Positions 1-8,661 of a stretch of DNA of 64,000 nucleotides are shown one piece after another. The notes under the pieces are model-generated. The model searched no databases and had not been told where the DNA came from. It was given only the letters and a program-made list of their open reading frames with translations. The DNA is from an uncultured archaeon (GTDB lineage: Archaea > Asgardarchaeota > Thorarchaeia > Thorarchaeales > Thorarchaeaceae). A program made the translations under genes and the position numbers. How positions within the stretch are numbered: the first letter of the stretch is position 1; every line of letters begins with the position of its first letter. The stretch is taken from NCBI GenBank assembly GCA_964473825.1, contig CAYYQL010000010.1, positions 14,692 through 78,691 on the forward strand. The letters run 5' to 3'.

Positions 1-1
1 C

Positions 2-838
2 TGTGATGGGAGTCTGAAGAAGACCGCTGCGGTAGCTTACCACGAGCCTGAAATCACGCGGATCGAGATCTTTGAACGGACCGTACAGAGGCTAGGCGCA
101 GTCTTTCTCGACCCTCAGTGGCGGAAAGACCATAATTGCTACATCGCTCATCTTCCTACCGTGATTGGACGAGTACTGCAAGAGCTCGGTCTACCAACGG
201 GGGACAAGACGATCCACAATCCGGAGATAGACATCTCGCTCTTCATGGAGTCTTGGGAGGCTCTCTGCGCGATCATCGAAGACTCCATTCCACAGGATGG
301 CACGGTGTTGCCGAGGGCGATATCCTGGACATTTTCGAATGCTCTAAATGCAGGGAACAAGAGCGAGGCTTACGACTTCGAGCCAATGCTCGACAAAGAG
401 GAAGTAGCATTCATCAAAAAGTTTGGAAAACTGCGGAGAAAATGCTGGAGTATAGAATGGGGCGAGCTCAAAAGACTTCGCGAATCAGATGACAGAAGGA
501 CTGCTCAGCTTGCAGTTGGCATTGCCAGAAAAATCAAGCAGAACCCAAACCGCCTAGTGATGACTATGGAAGAGATTGGTTCAAGACTAGGGGTGAAGAT
601 AGCACGGTCTCCCGGCACACTACGCCTCATGCGCAGGACTGACAGGGTGTCGATTTCGTGGTATGCACGCACGAAGACCATTGACGACATGATTAGGCTT
701 GCACTCATTGCACCTCCCAATGACGTCAAGAAGAAGGAGCTTCTCAAAAGGTATCTGGGAAAGAGGGCCGAACGGGTGTCGAAGATAAAGGATAATCTGA
801 CTAGAGAAGGAGTTAAAATTCAAAACGAGGGAATATAA
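2..838 (+). CDS. LAGLIDADG-like (DOD endonuclease-type) protein, 5' truncated by window edge
   Basis: Frame is open from base 2 (CDGSLKK...) into ORF 161..838. Two LAGLIDADG-like motif ends about 95 aa apart (..CDGSL and ALCAIIEDSIPQDGTV) with GLPTGDKT between them, as in two-domain DOD endonucleases. Confidence 0.5.
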   Translation, partial: CDGSLKKTAAVAYHEPEITRIEIFERTVQRLGAVFLDPQWRKDHNCYIAHLPTVIGRVLQELGLPTGDKTIHNPEIDISLFMESWEALCAIIEDSIPQDGTVLPRAISWTFSNALNAGNKSEAYDFEPMLDKEEVAFIKKFGKLRRKCWSIEWGELKRLRESDDRRTAQLAVGIARKIKQNPNRLVMTMEEIGSRLGVKIARSPGTLRLMRRTDRVSISWYARTKTIDDMIRLALIAPPNDVKKKELLKRYLGKRAERVSKIKDNLTREGVKIQNEGI

Positions 839-840
839 CA

Positions 841-1431
841 ATGAGTAAGATGCTGGAAAAAGATGTCACAATTCTCATGGATTTGCTAGATACGTGTGAC
901 CAGACAGGGTTGCCTCTTGAGGACCTGGAAGAAGCTCTGGAGGACCGGATTGAATCTCACGACGACCTGAAAGAACCAGGTCTGGCAAATCAGGCAATCC
1001 GGCATGCCCTAGATAACTGGCTCATTGATAAGACCATTGACTATCGTCGCAACAAGAGCGGTGAAGAGGTTGGAGCACTCATCTGGTTCTGCCGAAAACT
1101 CACACAGGACGAATCTGAGAAACTGAGGCGACTATCTGAAATCGAGAAAGAAACGATACGGATTCTGAGAGCACAGGAAACCGAGGAAGGGCTTGGAACG
1201 ATGCGGGAGAGAGATCTTCTGGAGTATCTCAGAGCCAAAGGATTCGAAACGGACTTTGCTCCGTCGATTGAGGACTATGTATCGGATTATTTCAAAACGG
1301 AAGACGGTGAGAACGTCGAGTGGATCTATCTGGTTCCCCAGTTTGAGCTGACCGAGGAATACAAGCAAGGTATGAGAGAGCTTGATGAGATGTCTTTGCA
1401 GAAGGAGCTTAGGCGCGAGCGGGAAGGGTGA
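841..1431 (+). CDS. Hypothetical protein, probable tandem winged-helix; paralog A
   Basis: 196 aa ORF; shares ALDNWLIDKTIDY, LRxQETExGLG and PxFELTE blocks with 1548..2126. Confidence 0.75.
   Translation: MSKMLEKDVTILMDLLDTCDQTGLPLEDLEEALEDRIESHDDLKEPGLANQAIRHALDNWLIDKTIDYRRNKSGEEVGALIWFCRKLTQDESEKLRRLSEIEKETIRILRAQETEEGLGTMRERDLLEYLRAKGFETDFAPSIEDYVSDYFKTEDGENVEWIYLVPQFELTEEYKQGMRELDEMSLQKELRREREG
1216..1431 (+). repeat. Copy 1 of a diverged 216-bp direct repeat (copy 2 at 5760..5975)
   Basis: Ungapped alignment with shared blocks AAAGGATTCGAAACGGACTT and GAGAACGTCGAGTGGATCTATCT; both copies end at the same TGA. Confidence 0.9.
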
Positions 1432-1547
1432 CTCAGCCCGTTGTTCAGGTCTCCATGCTTCATGCAGTAGGGTGTCCTCGCGGAAGGCACCGGAGTCACC
1501 ATTCTGATGATTCTATGGTGTTCAAATCCAAGGGAGAGGAATCAATC

Positions 1548-2126
1548 GTGAGAAGGATGTTTGATAGATTAATCTTGCTTCTTTTGGAGATACTGCGCGA
1601 GGCCGGACCTCAGGGACTGCCAGTTGAAGACGTAAGAGCCCTGCTTGAGAAGAGAATCGACTATCAAGATGCGGGTTCACCTGACCAAGTTATCGAGTAT
1701 GCCTTAGACAATTGGCTCATTGACAAGACAATCGATTATTGCCGTGACACCAGGGGCGTAGAGGTTGGAGAGTTGCGCTGGTTCTTGCGTGCACTCAGTG
1801 AAGAAGAGTCTGAGGAATTGAAGCAGTTGCCTGATATCAAGAAGCAAATCATAAGAATCCTTAGGCGTCAGGAGACCGAGCGGGGATTGGGGATGATAAG
1901 AGCCGAGGAGCTCTTGGAAAAACTGCGAAACAAAGGATTCGAAACTCAGTATGTCCCAATCGCTGATATTCGTGTTTCTGATGTCTTCAAGGCTGAAGAA
2001 GGCAAACTTGTGAAATGGATCCGCCTGATTCCCGAGTTCGAGCTCACTGAGGACTTCAAACAGACTATGAAAGAGCTTGAGGATATGTCACTAAGAAAGG
2101 ACATCCGACGCGAACGAACATATTGA
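1548..2126 (+). CDS. Hypothetical protein, paralog B of 841..1431
   Basis: Within ORF 1428..2126. GTG at 1548 follows GGGAGAGG and aligns with the N-terminus of paralog A. Confidence 0.75.
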   Translation: MRRMFDRLILLLLEILREAGPQGLPVEDVRALLEKRIDYQDAGSPDQVIEYALDNWLIDKTIDYCRDTRGVEVGELRWFLRALSEEESEELKQLPDIKKQIIRILRRQETERGLGMIRAEELLEKLRNKGFETQYVPIADIRVSDVFKAEEGKLVKWIRLIPEFELTEDFKQTMKELEDMSLRKDIRRERTY

Positions 2127-2210
2127 GTCATCCGGGCACACGCTGACCTCGTCTGTTCAACTCTAAGGGTTCCACTGAAAATCCCCGTCTTCTTCATGGA
2201 CTCAGATATA

Positions 2211-2606
2211 CTAGTAGCACTCTACTCTGACTCTTGGCACCCTCTTGAAATGCTCGTGGTTTCTCGTTAGAATCTCATAATCGCAGGCTCTTGCCGTTCC
2301 TGCAATCATGATGTCTGGAATATCAATCATCTGGCCGGTGGTGTGTAGGTAGCCGTGGACCTGCCCAGATTCCACTGCACTTCTTTCATCGAATTCAACG
2401 ATTCGCATCTTTGACAGCGCAGTTTCTACCTTCTTCTTTTCGTTCTTCATTTTCACTGCCTGAGAAACCCCTGCGTATAACTCGTACATTGTGATAGTCG
2501 ATACAAGAAGGGAAATTCCCCCTCTCTTCAACTCCTCTAGCTTCTTATAGGCTGCTTTTTCCCCTTTCATCACATCAATGATGAAAGAGGTATCAGCTAG
2601 AATCAT
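2211..2606 (-). CDS. vapC: VapC-family PIN-domain toxin
   Basis: ILADTSFII, TITMYEL, DIMIAGTA, LTRNxxHF PIN motifs; 131 aa. Confidence 0.9.
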   Translation of the reverse strand: MILADTSFIIDVMKGEKAAYKKLEELKRGGISLLVSTITMYELYAGVSQAVKMKNEKKKVETALSKMRIVEFDERSAVESGQVHGYLHTTGQMIDIPDIMIAGTARACDYEILTRNHEHFKRVPRVRVECY

Positions 2607-2940
2607 CTGATGTCTCCCAGAGTCTTTTCCTCATATCTTCCGAGAATCTCTCTCTCACTTCCCTCATAGCCTCGGTCAACTCGGCGCTTTCTTCTTCGCC
2701 CAATATGCCGAATATTGAAAATAAAGCATCGAGTGTCGGATTGCCGCCATAAATCAGGTATCGGCCTGTGACATCGACCTCAGAACCCTCTAATCTACAT
2801 TCGATTTCACTGATATGTATCCTAATCTCAACTACGAGAAACGGAGTGCTTTCGAATGAATCCTCCGGAACATACCACCCCGGTATTGCTGAATCCCTCT
2901 CGGTGGTTTCATCTGGTAATACTCGGCTACACAGAGTCAT
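2593..2940 (-). CDS. Putative antitoxin (VapB-like C-terminus, atypical N-terminus)
   Basis: Overlaps the vapC start. C-terminal LFSIFGILGEEESAELTEAMREVR resembles archaeal VapB toxin-binding helices. Confidence 0.55.
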   Translation of the reverse strand: MTLCSRVLPDETTERDSAIPGWYVPEDSFESTPFLVVEIRIHISEIECRLEGSEVDVTGRYLIYGGNPTLDALFSIFGILGEEESAELTEAMREVRERFSEDMRKRLWETSDDSS

Positions 2941-3322
2941 TTTCTTTTTCCTCGTCGTACAATTCCGTCTGCAATTTCCTTTCTATACCATCAATTTCCT
3001 TGACCTTCTCATGCAGAAACCGTGAGAGTTCTCTTACCGCGTTAAACGAGAGGTTCAAACCCACTATAAACTTTCGCTCTACGGTTCGTGGTCCATCTAC
3101 AGGATCTTCTGGCCGTATCTCTCGCTGACCATCCTTATGCTCAATCATTACTTCATTCATGGAACGGAACTTCAGTTTGTCCTTGTAGAAGTACATCCTT
3201 AAGTGGTATATATTCTGGAGCCCTCCTCTTGCGCCTGTTACGTAATACTCACGAAAATCAGGGTCATAAGAATACTCAAACCTGACTAGTTCTTTGTCCA
3301 TTTCCTCTTTCTCTTCGCTCAA
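2927..3322 (-). CDS. DUF3467-like protein
   Basis: YxYDPDFREYYVTGARGG...LRMYF...LSFNAVRELSRFL pattern; overlaps the next gene. Confidence 0.6.
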   Translation of the reverse strand: MSEEKEEMDKELVRFEYSYDPDFREYYVTGARGGLQNIYHLRMYFYKDKLKFRSMNEVMIEHKDGQREIRPEDPVDGPRTVERKFIVGLNLSFNAVRELSRFLHEKVKEIDGIERKLQTELYDEEKENDSV

Positions 3323-3839
3323 TCTTCATTCCACCATGACCATCGTACCATATGGGAGTTTCTACTCTGTGCGGCCAAAGTCGATGCTCCTTTGTGCATA
3401 ACGATACCCCCGGATCATATTAATTCCTATCGAAAGCACACCCGCAGACTAGGTCTGTCTCTAGATTAACCTTCTTCTCATCCAAGACCTCCCGATTCTT
3501 CACAGAATGGATTTCTGCAAATCGCCTGTACAGAGGGCTAGCTAGGGGGCGATCTGGTCAGTTGAGGGCGGTATATCCACAGAATATCCTAGGTTAGAAA
3601 CGGTGTCACCGCAGTTGAAGCTTATGAAGGGGTTGCTTGCTAATAACACTGAGGCCAAGTCGCGACTTCAAATCGGGGCGATTCAGCAATTTATACCTCA
3701 CCGCACCTTGCAGCATAGGATGCCTAAGAGTTGCACCGATCTGCAATGAAAAATGGCAGGAAGACTGATTCAACTTAGGACTCGATAAGTCCGCCACCCA
3801 TCCCACACAAATAAAGAAATCCGCAAATCTCAGTTCTAA

Positions 3840-4499
3840 TCACCAAGGCTCTCTTGATGGTTTTGGGTTTGCGATTCTCATTATGATCAGCCCCACCACA
3901 AGGGTGATGAATGTGGGCCCCTCATAGAAGAGCTCCCTGAGGAACAATCCTGCTAGGTAGTTAGGGATGAGCATAATCACAACGGGGAGTTGACTGATTA
4001 GCCATGTTAAGACCACTCTCATCCAGCCTGTTTGGCCCTGACAATACTCAATCAGCTCATATACGTAGACGAGGTAGAATGCCAACAAGGTTAGTGACCA
4101 TGCAAGGTTCGGCAAAGAAAGCAGGTAGAACCCCCAAGAATCTGTTCCAAACCAGAGAAACCAGAGGAAAGAAACTAGCTGCAGGTTGAAGAAGAACTCC
4201 ATGGTCGAGATATCTGTATAGCCTCGGTAAGATATTCCATACGGGGCCAGCGTGCCCAAGAGGGTCATCATCAGAAACACTGAGGTGACGTCGAGGTGTT
4301 TCGCAAACGTGGTTGGGATTCCGTGACCCTCTCTATCTCTTTGTTGAGAGATTGCTTTTTGCACGATGAAGGCGATACACACCAAGGAAACAAATGCGGT
4401 GAGGAGAATCCATTCAGATGGGAATTCTATTGGAGGCGCCTCTCTGGGCGGTACTGCCTGAAGCAGCGTTTGGTCAGTCACCATCTCAAATAACGACAT
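3840..4499 (-). CDS. Hypothetical multi-pass membrane protein
   Basis: 219 aa with about 6 hydrophobic segments; GGTGAG RBS upstream. Confidence 0.75.
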   Translation of the reverse strand: MSLFEMVTDQTLLQAVPPREAPPIEFPSEWILLTAFVSLVCIAFIVQKAISQQRDREGHGIPTTFAKHLDVTSVFLMMTLLGTLAPYGISYRGYTDISTMEFFFNLQLVSFLWFLWFGTDSWGFYLLSLPNLAWSLTLLAFYLVYVYELIEYCQGQTGWMRVVLTWLISQLPVVIMLIPNYLAGLFLRELFYEGPTFITLVVGLIIMRIANPKPSREPW

Positions 4500-4859
4500 G
4501 CCTACTCACCTTGTCGCCAAGTGACCGGCTATTCTTTAGTTTTCCGACATTTCAGACCCAACCTGTAGATTCGAGTATTCTAAGCGTCTGCGGACTATCC
4601 TGTCGAAGCCGGCTCTTGTAGCGGTATGTGCATAAATCCAAATGGCTTGTTTCTCACATGACGGCCCACATTGTTGCAGAAAACGCGAGATGGGCATTCT
4701 GTAGAGGGCTGCGGTAGTGAAATACCTCACTTTCATCTAAACAACTGTGTGCTATTGTGATGAAGCGTCGGACCCGTAAGTTCGATGAATTCTTATGCAA
4801 GGTGGGTATAAGGTCGTACGGATGAGTTGCTCATCCGGTAACTAAGGGGGTTAACATTA

Positions 4860-5702
4860 TTGACCTTGCTAAGTAAATCAACTGCATCTGCAGTCACAAT
4901 TGCACTAGCATTATCGATTGCGCAATTCGGTCTTGTTGTGAACGTTACGAATGAGTATCAGCAGACTCCTCCACCAGAGGCGATGCGCATGCCTCCCATA
5001 TCAGGAAGCGGCCTGAATGCAATGAATGAAACCCAAGGGTATCAAACATCTGATCCAGGCTTTTCGGCTCACTGGTGGAGAGGTACAATCTGTCCTTGGG
5101 CGATGGGGACCACGGACTACCTTTGCACCACAATTAGAACCCCGGATGGTCTGCTTGGCAGCCAAGAGTTCTATTATGTCTTGATCTCTTGCTTCGATGA
5201 CGCTGGTAGCTACAATCAAATCTGATTCTCAGCTTGCTATGGCCACTGGGGTCTTACGTGGAGTTGGACTACTCCCAATTGGGATGGTTCGATGCAGTAT
5301 CACTATGACGCCAGTGCAATCACTCTGTCCACAGACACCAGCTATATGTTTGAGATGTACTTGAACAACGGCTACCTCACATACAACCTTGTTGTGGGGG
5401 GATGGATAAATTGGACCAAAACAGTATATACAGGCGGTAGTGAATTCCAGCTGACGGATACCTGGCATGTTGGCATTATTCCATGGACAGGCTGGTATTC
5501 TTGTTTCACTCTCTATGAAGAGATATACGAAACCGATGCCCAGACACCAGACTTTAACTTCAGATTCCAGAGCACACAGACTGCGGGAGGTTATTGGGAT
5601 AGCTGGAATCATCTCTCTTCAGGAAACCCTCCAGCTGGCATTGGTGTGACTATTAGCACATCATATCACTATGTATGGATAACAAATCCTGATGCGTCCT
5701 GA
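4860..5702 (+). pseudogene. Secreted beta-rich protein (possibly glutamic-peptidase/neprosin-like fold) interrupted by one in-frame TGA at 5223-5225
   Basis: ORFs 4860..5225 and 5292..5702 are in the same frame with an open spacer (YNQI*FSACYGHWGLTWSW...). N-terminal signal-peptide-like segment; W/Y/T-rich throughout. Confidence 0.65.
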
Positions 5703-5722
5703 TTGTAGATGGATTCCCTAGC

Positions 5723-5764
5723 GTTTCTGGAGCCAAAGACGCTCCAGAAACCTCCTTTTCTTTT
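5723..5764 (+). terminator. Hairpin plus T-rich tract
   Basis: Perfect 11-bp stem GTTTCTGGAGC / GCTCCAGAAAC with a 7-nt loop, followed by CTCCTTTTCTTTT, 20 nt after the stop at 5702. Confidence 0.6.
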
Positions 5765-5975
5765 GGAGCATCTGAGGACGAAAGGATTCGAAACGGACTT
5801 CGCTCCGACGATAGGGGACTATGTGTCTGACTATTTCACCACGGAGGATGGCGAGAACGTCGAGTGGATCTATCTACTTCCCCAATTCGAGCTTAATGGG
5901 GACTACAAGCAAATGAACGAAGAGATCGATGAAATGTCCCTTCGGAAGGAGCTTCGACGCGAGCGAGAAGGCTGA
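5760..5975 (+). pseudogene. 3' fragment of a third copy of the 841..1431 family
   Basis: Encodes LEHLRTKGFETDFAP...RKELRREREG matching only the C-terminal third of paralog A; homology stops at the terminator-like hairpin. Confidence 0.75.
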
Positions 5976-6118
5976 GTGTAGGCCACCCCACTGAATACTC
6001 CTAAGACTGCTCTTGCTCTGATAATTGTACTGCATTCTCACTCAAGTCTGGCTGGTCATACTATACTTCTGCACGGCACGTGCTCTATTAGGGATTCTAG
6101 AAGCATCCTGGAGAATGA

Positions 6119-6340
6119 CTAGTTCTCCCACTCGACGCCGAGGAAGGTCAGGGCTCCAAGGAGCATCACAATCAGCAATCCTTCTATGATACCTATCACC
6201 CTTACTACGTTCGATATTTGTGAGAGCTGAGAGGCATCCAAGGACTCTGTAATAATGCGTATGCTCAAGACAATATCGAATGTGAAGACCAAAAAGAGGG
6301 CGAAGAACAACACAACACAGAGAAGTCTATCACGGTCCAT
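6119..6340 (-). CDS. Small two-TM membrane protein
   Basis: 73 aa, two hydrophobic helices, GGAGGTGA RBS upstream. Confidence 0.65.
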   Translation of the reverse strand: MDRDRLLCVVLFFALFLVFTFDIVLSIRIITESLDASQLSQISNVVRVIGIIEGLLIVMLLGALTFLGVEWEN

Positions 6341-6442
6341 CCTTATGTTTCACCTCCTCTGCCATATTAGGCCCCCTTGAGCTGTTTTGAATACACAGTC
6401 ATCCGTCCACTCCTACTACCCGATAGTGTCTCCAGATTGCAA

Positions 6443-7261
6443 CTAGAGTTTTCCACCGCAGTGCGGGCAGAAGGCCATTCCCCCCTCGATTCTTGCCGAG
6501 CAGAAGGGACACTTGTTTCCCGCTCTCAGAGACTCCTCCGACCTGACAACCTGAATGGAAACATCTACCGTCTTGGTTGTCCGCAGAGAGTACCCGTTGT
6601 CGAACACAACGAGCAGGGGTTCGCTCTTCGTACAGTGGTACTCGACATCTATCTCTCCCAGTTTCTCTTTGCTCCAATAGGATTTGTCTAGGTGAATAGT
6701 ATCGGGGGTTTCGTACATCTTGCTGAGTATGTGAACATTGATATCATTGCCGCTTGTGACGCGCCCGAAGACTCGGATGACATCGCCTCTGTTAACGTTC
6801 ACATCGATAGTTTCCAAATAGCCGGCGTCCACCTCGAAACTCTCACGCAAGGGCTCATCGCCTACTTCTAGTGGCGGGTGATCAACGCAGACATGCACAT
6901 CGATTGCTTTCCATCTTGATTTTGCATGCATGTTATCTAGGAAGAGATAGTACACAGTACGACAATCAGCTGTGTGGGAGTGGTCTACGCTCGACACCTT
7001 CTCCTTGCTCCAAAGAACATCCTCCGTATTGAAGTCGAGAGTCTTCTTGCCAAGAATCGGTATCTTTTCGAGAGCTCCTCCTATCAGAGGGATACGTTTG
7101 ATATCATCGGACTTGAGCAGATACGCACTGAAGTCATCACCGTCCTCTTCGGCTGCTCTGATGGTAATCTCAGTTCCTTCTCGGCAGGGTATCTCCACAT
7201 AGTCCCAGTCGCCAGCTTCAAGATTCACAGTCTTACGGAGTTCTCCACCACGTACTTTCAA
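6443..7261 (-). CDS. Tandem GOLD-like beta-sandwich protein with C-terminal zinc ribbon
   Basis: Internal repeat (YYLFLDNMHAKSRWKAIDV / LLVVFDNGYSLRTTKTVDV; WSKEK twice) and CPFC...CPHCG; AAGGAGGT RBS. Confidence 0.65.
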   Translation of the reverse strand: MKVRGGELRKTVNLEAGDWDYVEIPCREGTEITIRAAEEDGDDFSAYLLKSDDIKRIPLIGGALEKIPILGKKTLDFNTEDVLWSKEKVSSVDHSHTADCRTVYYLFLDNMHAKSRWKAIDVHVCVDHPPLEVGDEPLRESFEVDAGYLETIDVNVNRGDVIRVFGRVTSGNDINVHILSKMYETPDTIHLDKSYWSKEKLGEIDVEYHCTKSEPLLVVFDNGYSLRTTKTVDVSIQVVRSEESLRAGNKCPFCSARIEGGMAFCPHCGGKL

Positions 7262-7523
7262 CAGAATCTGACCTCCTTACCTACGAACCTAAGCGAGAGC
7301 TTTCACTAAAGTCTATCGGCAATCAGGATGTCTACCCGTATTGTAGGTTCTGAGTGTGCCTAGATGTTGTCTGCCACATTTTCTGAAGCTCAAGTCTGGC
7401 CGGTCCCGCCATCTTCTCTTAGAGCATTTTTTCCATGACGCATGCGAGAGGCTTAAATGCCTGACAATGTCGAACGGGAAGTTGCGATGGATTACGCATC
7501 CTGGATGTGCATATGCTTGAGGA

Positions 7524-8660
7524 ATGTATGAAATGCAGTTCACGCCACAAAGACTTGAACGGGTTCACCGGTCAATGGATCATGAAGGAGTAGAAGCCAT
7601 CATAGCGACGCGTCGGTCTGACGTGCAGTATATGACCGGCTACGAGAGCCCACATGACCACCTTCCGACGGGATGCCTAATTGTCAAGAATGAGAACCCC
7701 AAGCTCATAGTGTCCGAACTCCAGCGTGAGCTCCTTGTGGCCGAGTCGGTGATGGGACAAGTACTCACGTTTCAGGATGAGACCACAGAACGTTGGTACT
7801 CAACATACACTCCTCAGTTCTGGAGGCGTATTGTGCAGGCTATACGTGACTCTGGGGTAGACAAGTCGGTAATCGGCCTTCAACATGACTGGCTCACCAT
7901 AGATGAATTCGATTTGCTGAAGAGCTCCCTTCCCGGTGCTGGATTCAAGGACTATTCTCCAGCTCTATACAGGCTCAGACAGGTGAAGGATCACTCAGAG
8001 ATAGATACCATCCGCCGTGCAATCAGTGTGGCGGAGATTGGGATCAGAACCGCTCTCGAGATTGTGACCGCCGGAAAGACAGAGAGTGAGGCCTCGCTTG
8101 AGATTGAAGCAGCGATGCGTGGGGCTGGAGGTCAGCTGAGAGGCATCAGGGCTGCTGTACTCACAGGCTCACATGCGAGATATCCCTTTGCTCAACCCGG
8201 TGTCCAGCGGATCGAGGAGGACGACCTTGTGATCATTGATATCACTGTGAGCCATCTAGGTTACTTCGCAGAGATTGCGCGCACCGTCCATGCAGGATCC
8301 CCTTCTGAAGAGCAGTCTGCAGCATTCAATGGCATCTTAGGCCTGACAACAAGATTTGAGGATATTCTTGTTTCGGGAACTCCAGTGCGAGAAGTGGGCA
8401 TGGCAATCCATGACGAGTTCCAGAACTGCGGACTCTCATGGAATCTCTACAAGCCATACGGAAACTCAATCGGACTTGACCTGATCGAGCCTCCGTTTCT
8501 CATGCCAGAATCTGAAGGCACTCTCAAGGAGGGCATGGTCCTATCGCTGACTCCCATGTGTGCTGACTCTGACGAGGGGGCTGTGAAGATATCTGATATG
8601 TATCTGATCACAGAAAATGGTCCAGAGAATATGACCAATCTATCTCGTGAAACCATGTGA
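7524..8660 (+). CDS. M24 (Xaa-Pro peptidase/creatinase) fold protein with degenerate metal site
   Basis: Creatinase-type N-domain (YMTGY), RQVKDHSEI, EGMVLS, and a pita-bread C-domain; most metal ligands substituted. Confidence 0.85.
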   Translation: MYEMQFTPQRLERVHRSMDHEGVEAIIATRRSDVQYMTGYESPHDHLPTGCLIVKNENPKLIVSELQRELLVAESVMGQVLTFQDETTERWYSTYTPQFWRRIVQAIRDSGVDKSVIGLQHDWLTIDEFDLLKSSLPGAGFKDYSPALYRLRQVKDHSEIDTIRRAISVAEIGIRTALEIVTAGKTESEASLEIEAAMRGAGGQLRGIRAAVLTGSHARYPFAQPGVQRIEEDDLVIIDITVSHLGYFAEIARTVHAGSPSEEQSAAFNGILGLTTRFEDILVSGTPVREVGMAIHDEFQNCGLSWNLYKPYGNSIGLDLIEPPFLMPESEGTLKEGMVLSLTPMCADSDEGAVKISDMYLITENGPENMTNLSRETM

Positions 8661-8661
8661 C

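Noticed and set aside
1430-1501. tRNA-like element ending in ACCA
   Set aside because: Acceptor-like pairing exists but there is no TTCRA T-loop, D-arm or anticodon arm; kept only as an inverted repeat.
2167-2187. ORB-like GTTCCACTGAAA
   Set aside because: Single partial match with no G-string on the expected side, no repeats and no cdc6/orc1 nearby.
3323-3839. Short ORF 3606..3806 or IS remnant in a long intergenic gap
   Set aside because: No recognisable motif, RBS, transposase similarity or terminal repeats.
5703-5765. SECIS element for the TGA at 5223
   Set aside because: Perfect short stem plus T-tract; no AUGA/GA quartet or GAA/A bulge, so it fits a terminator better.
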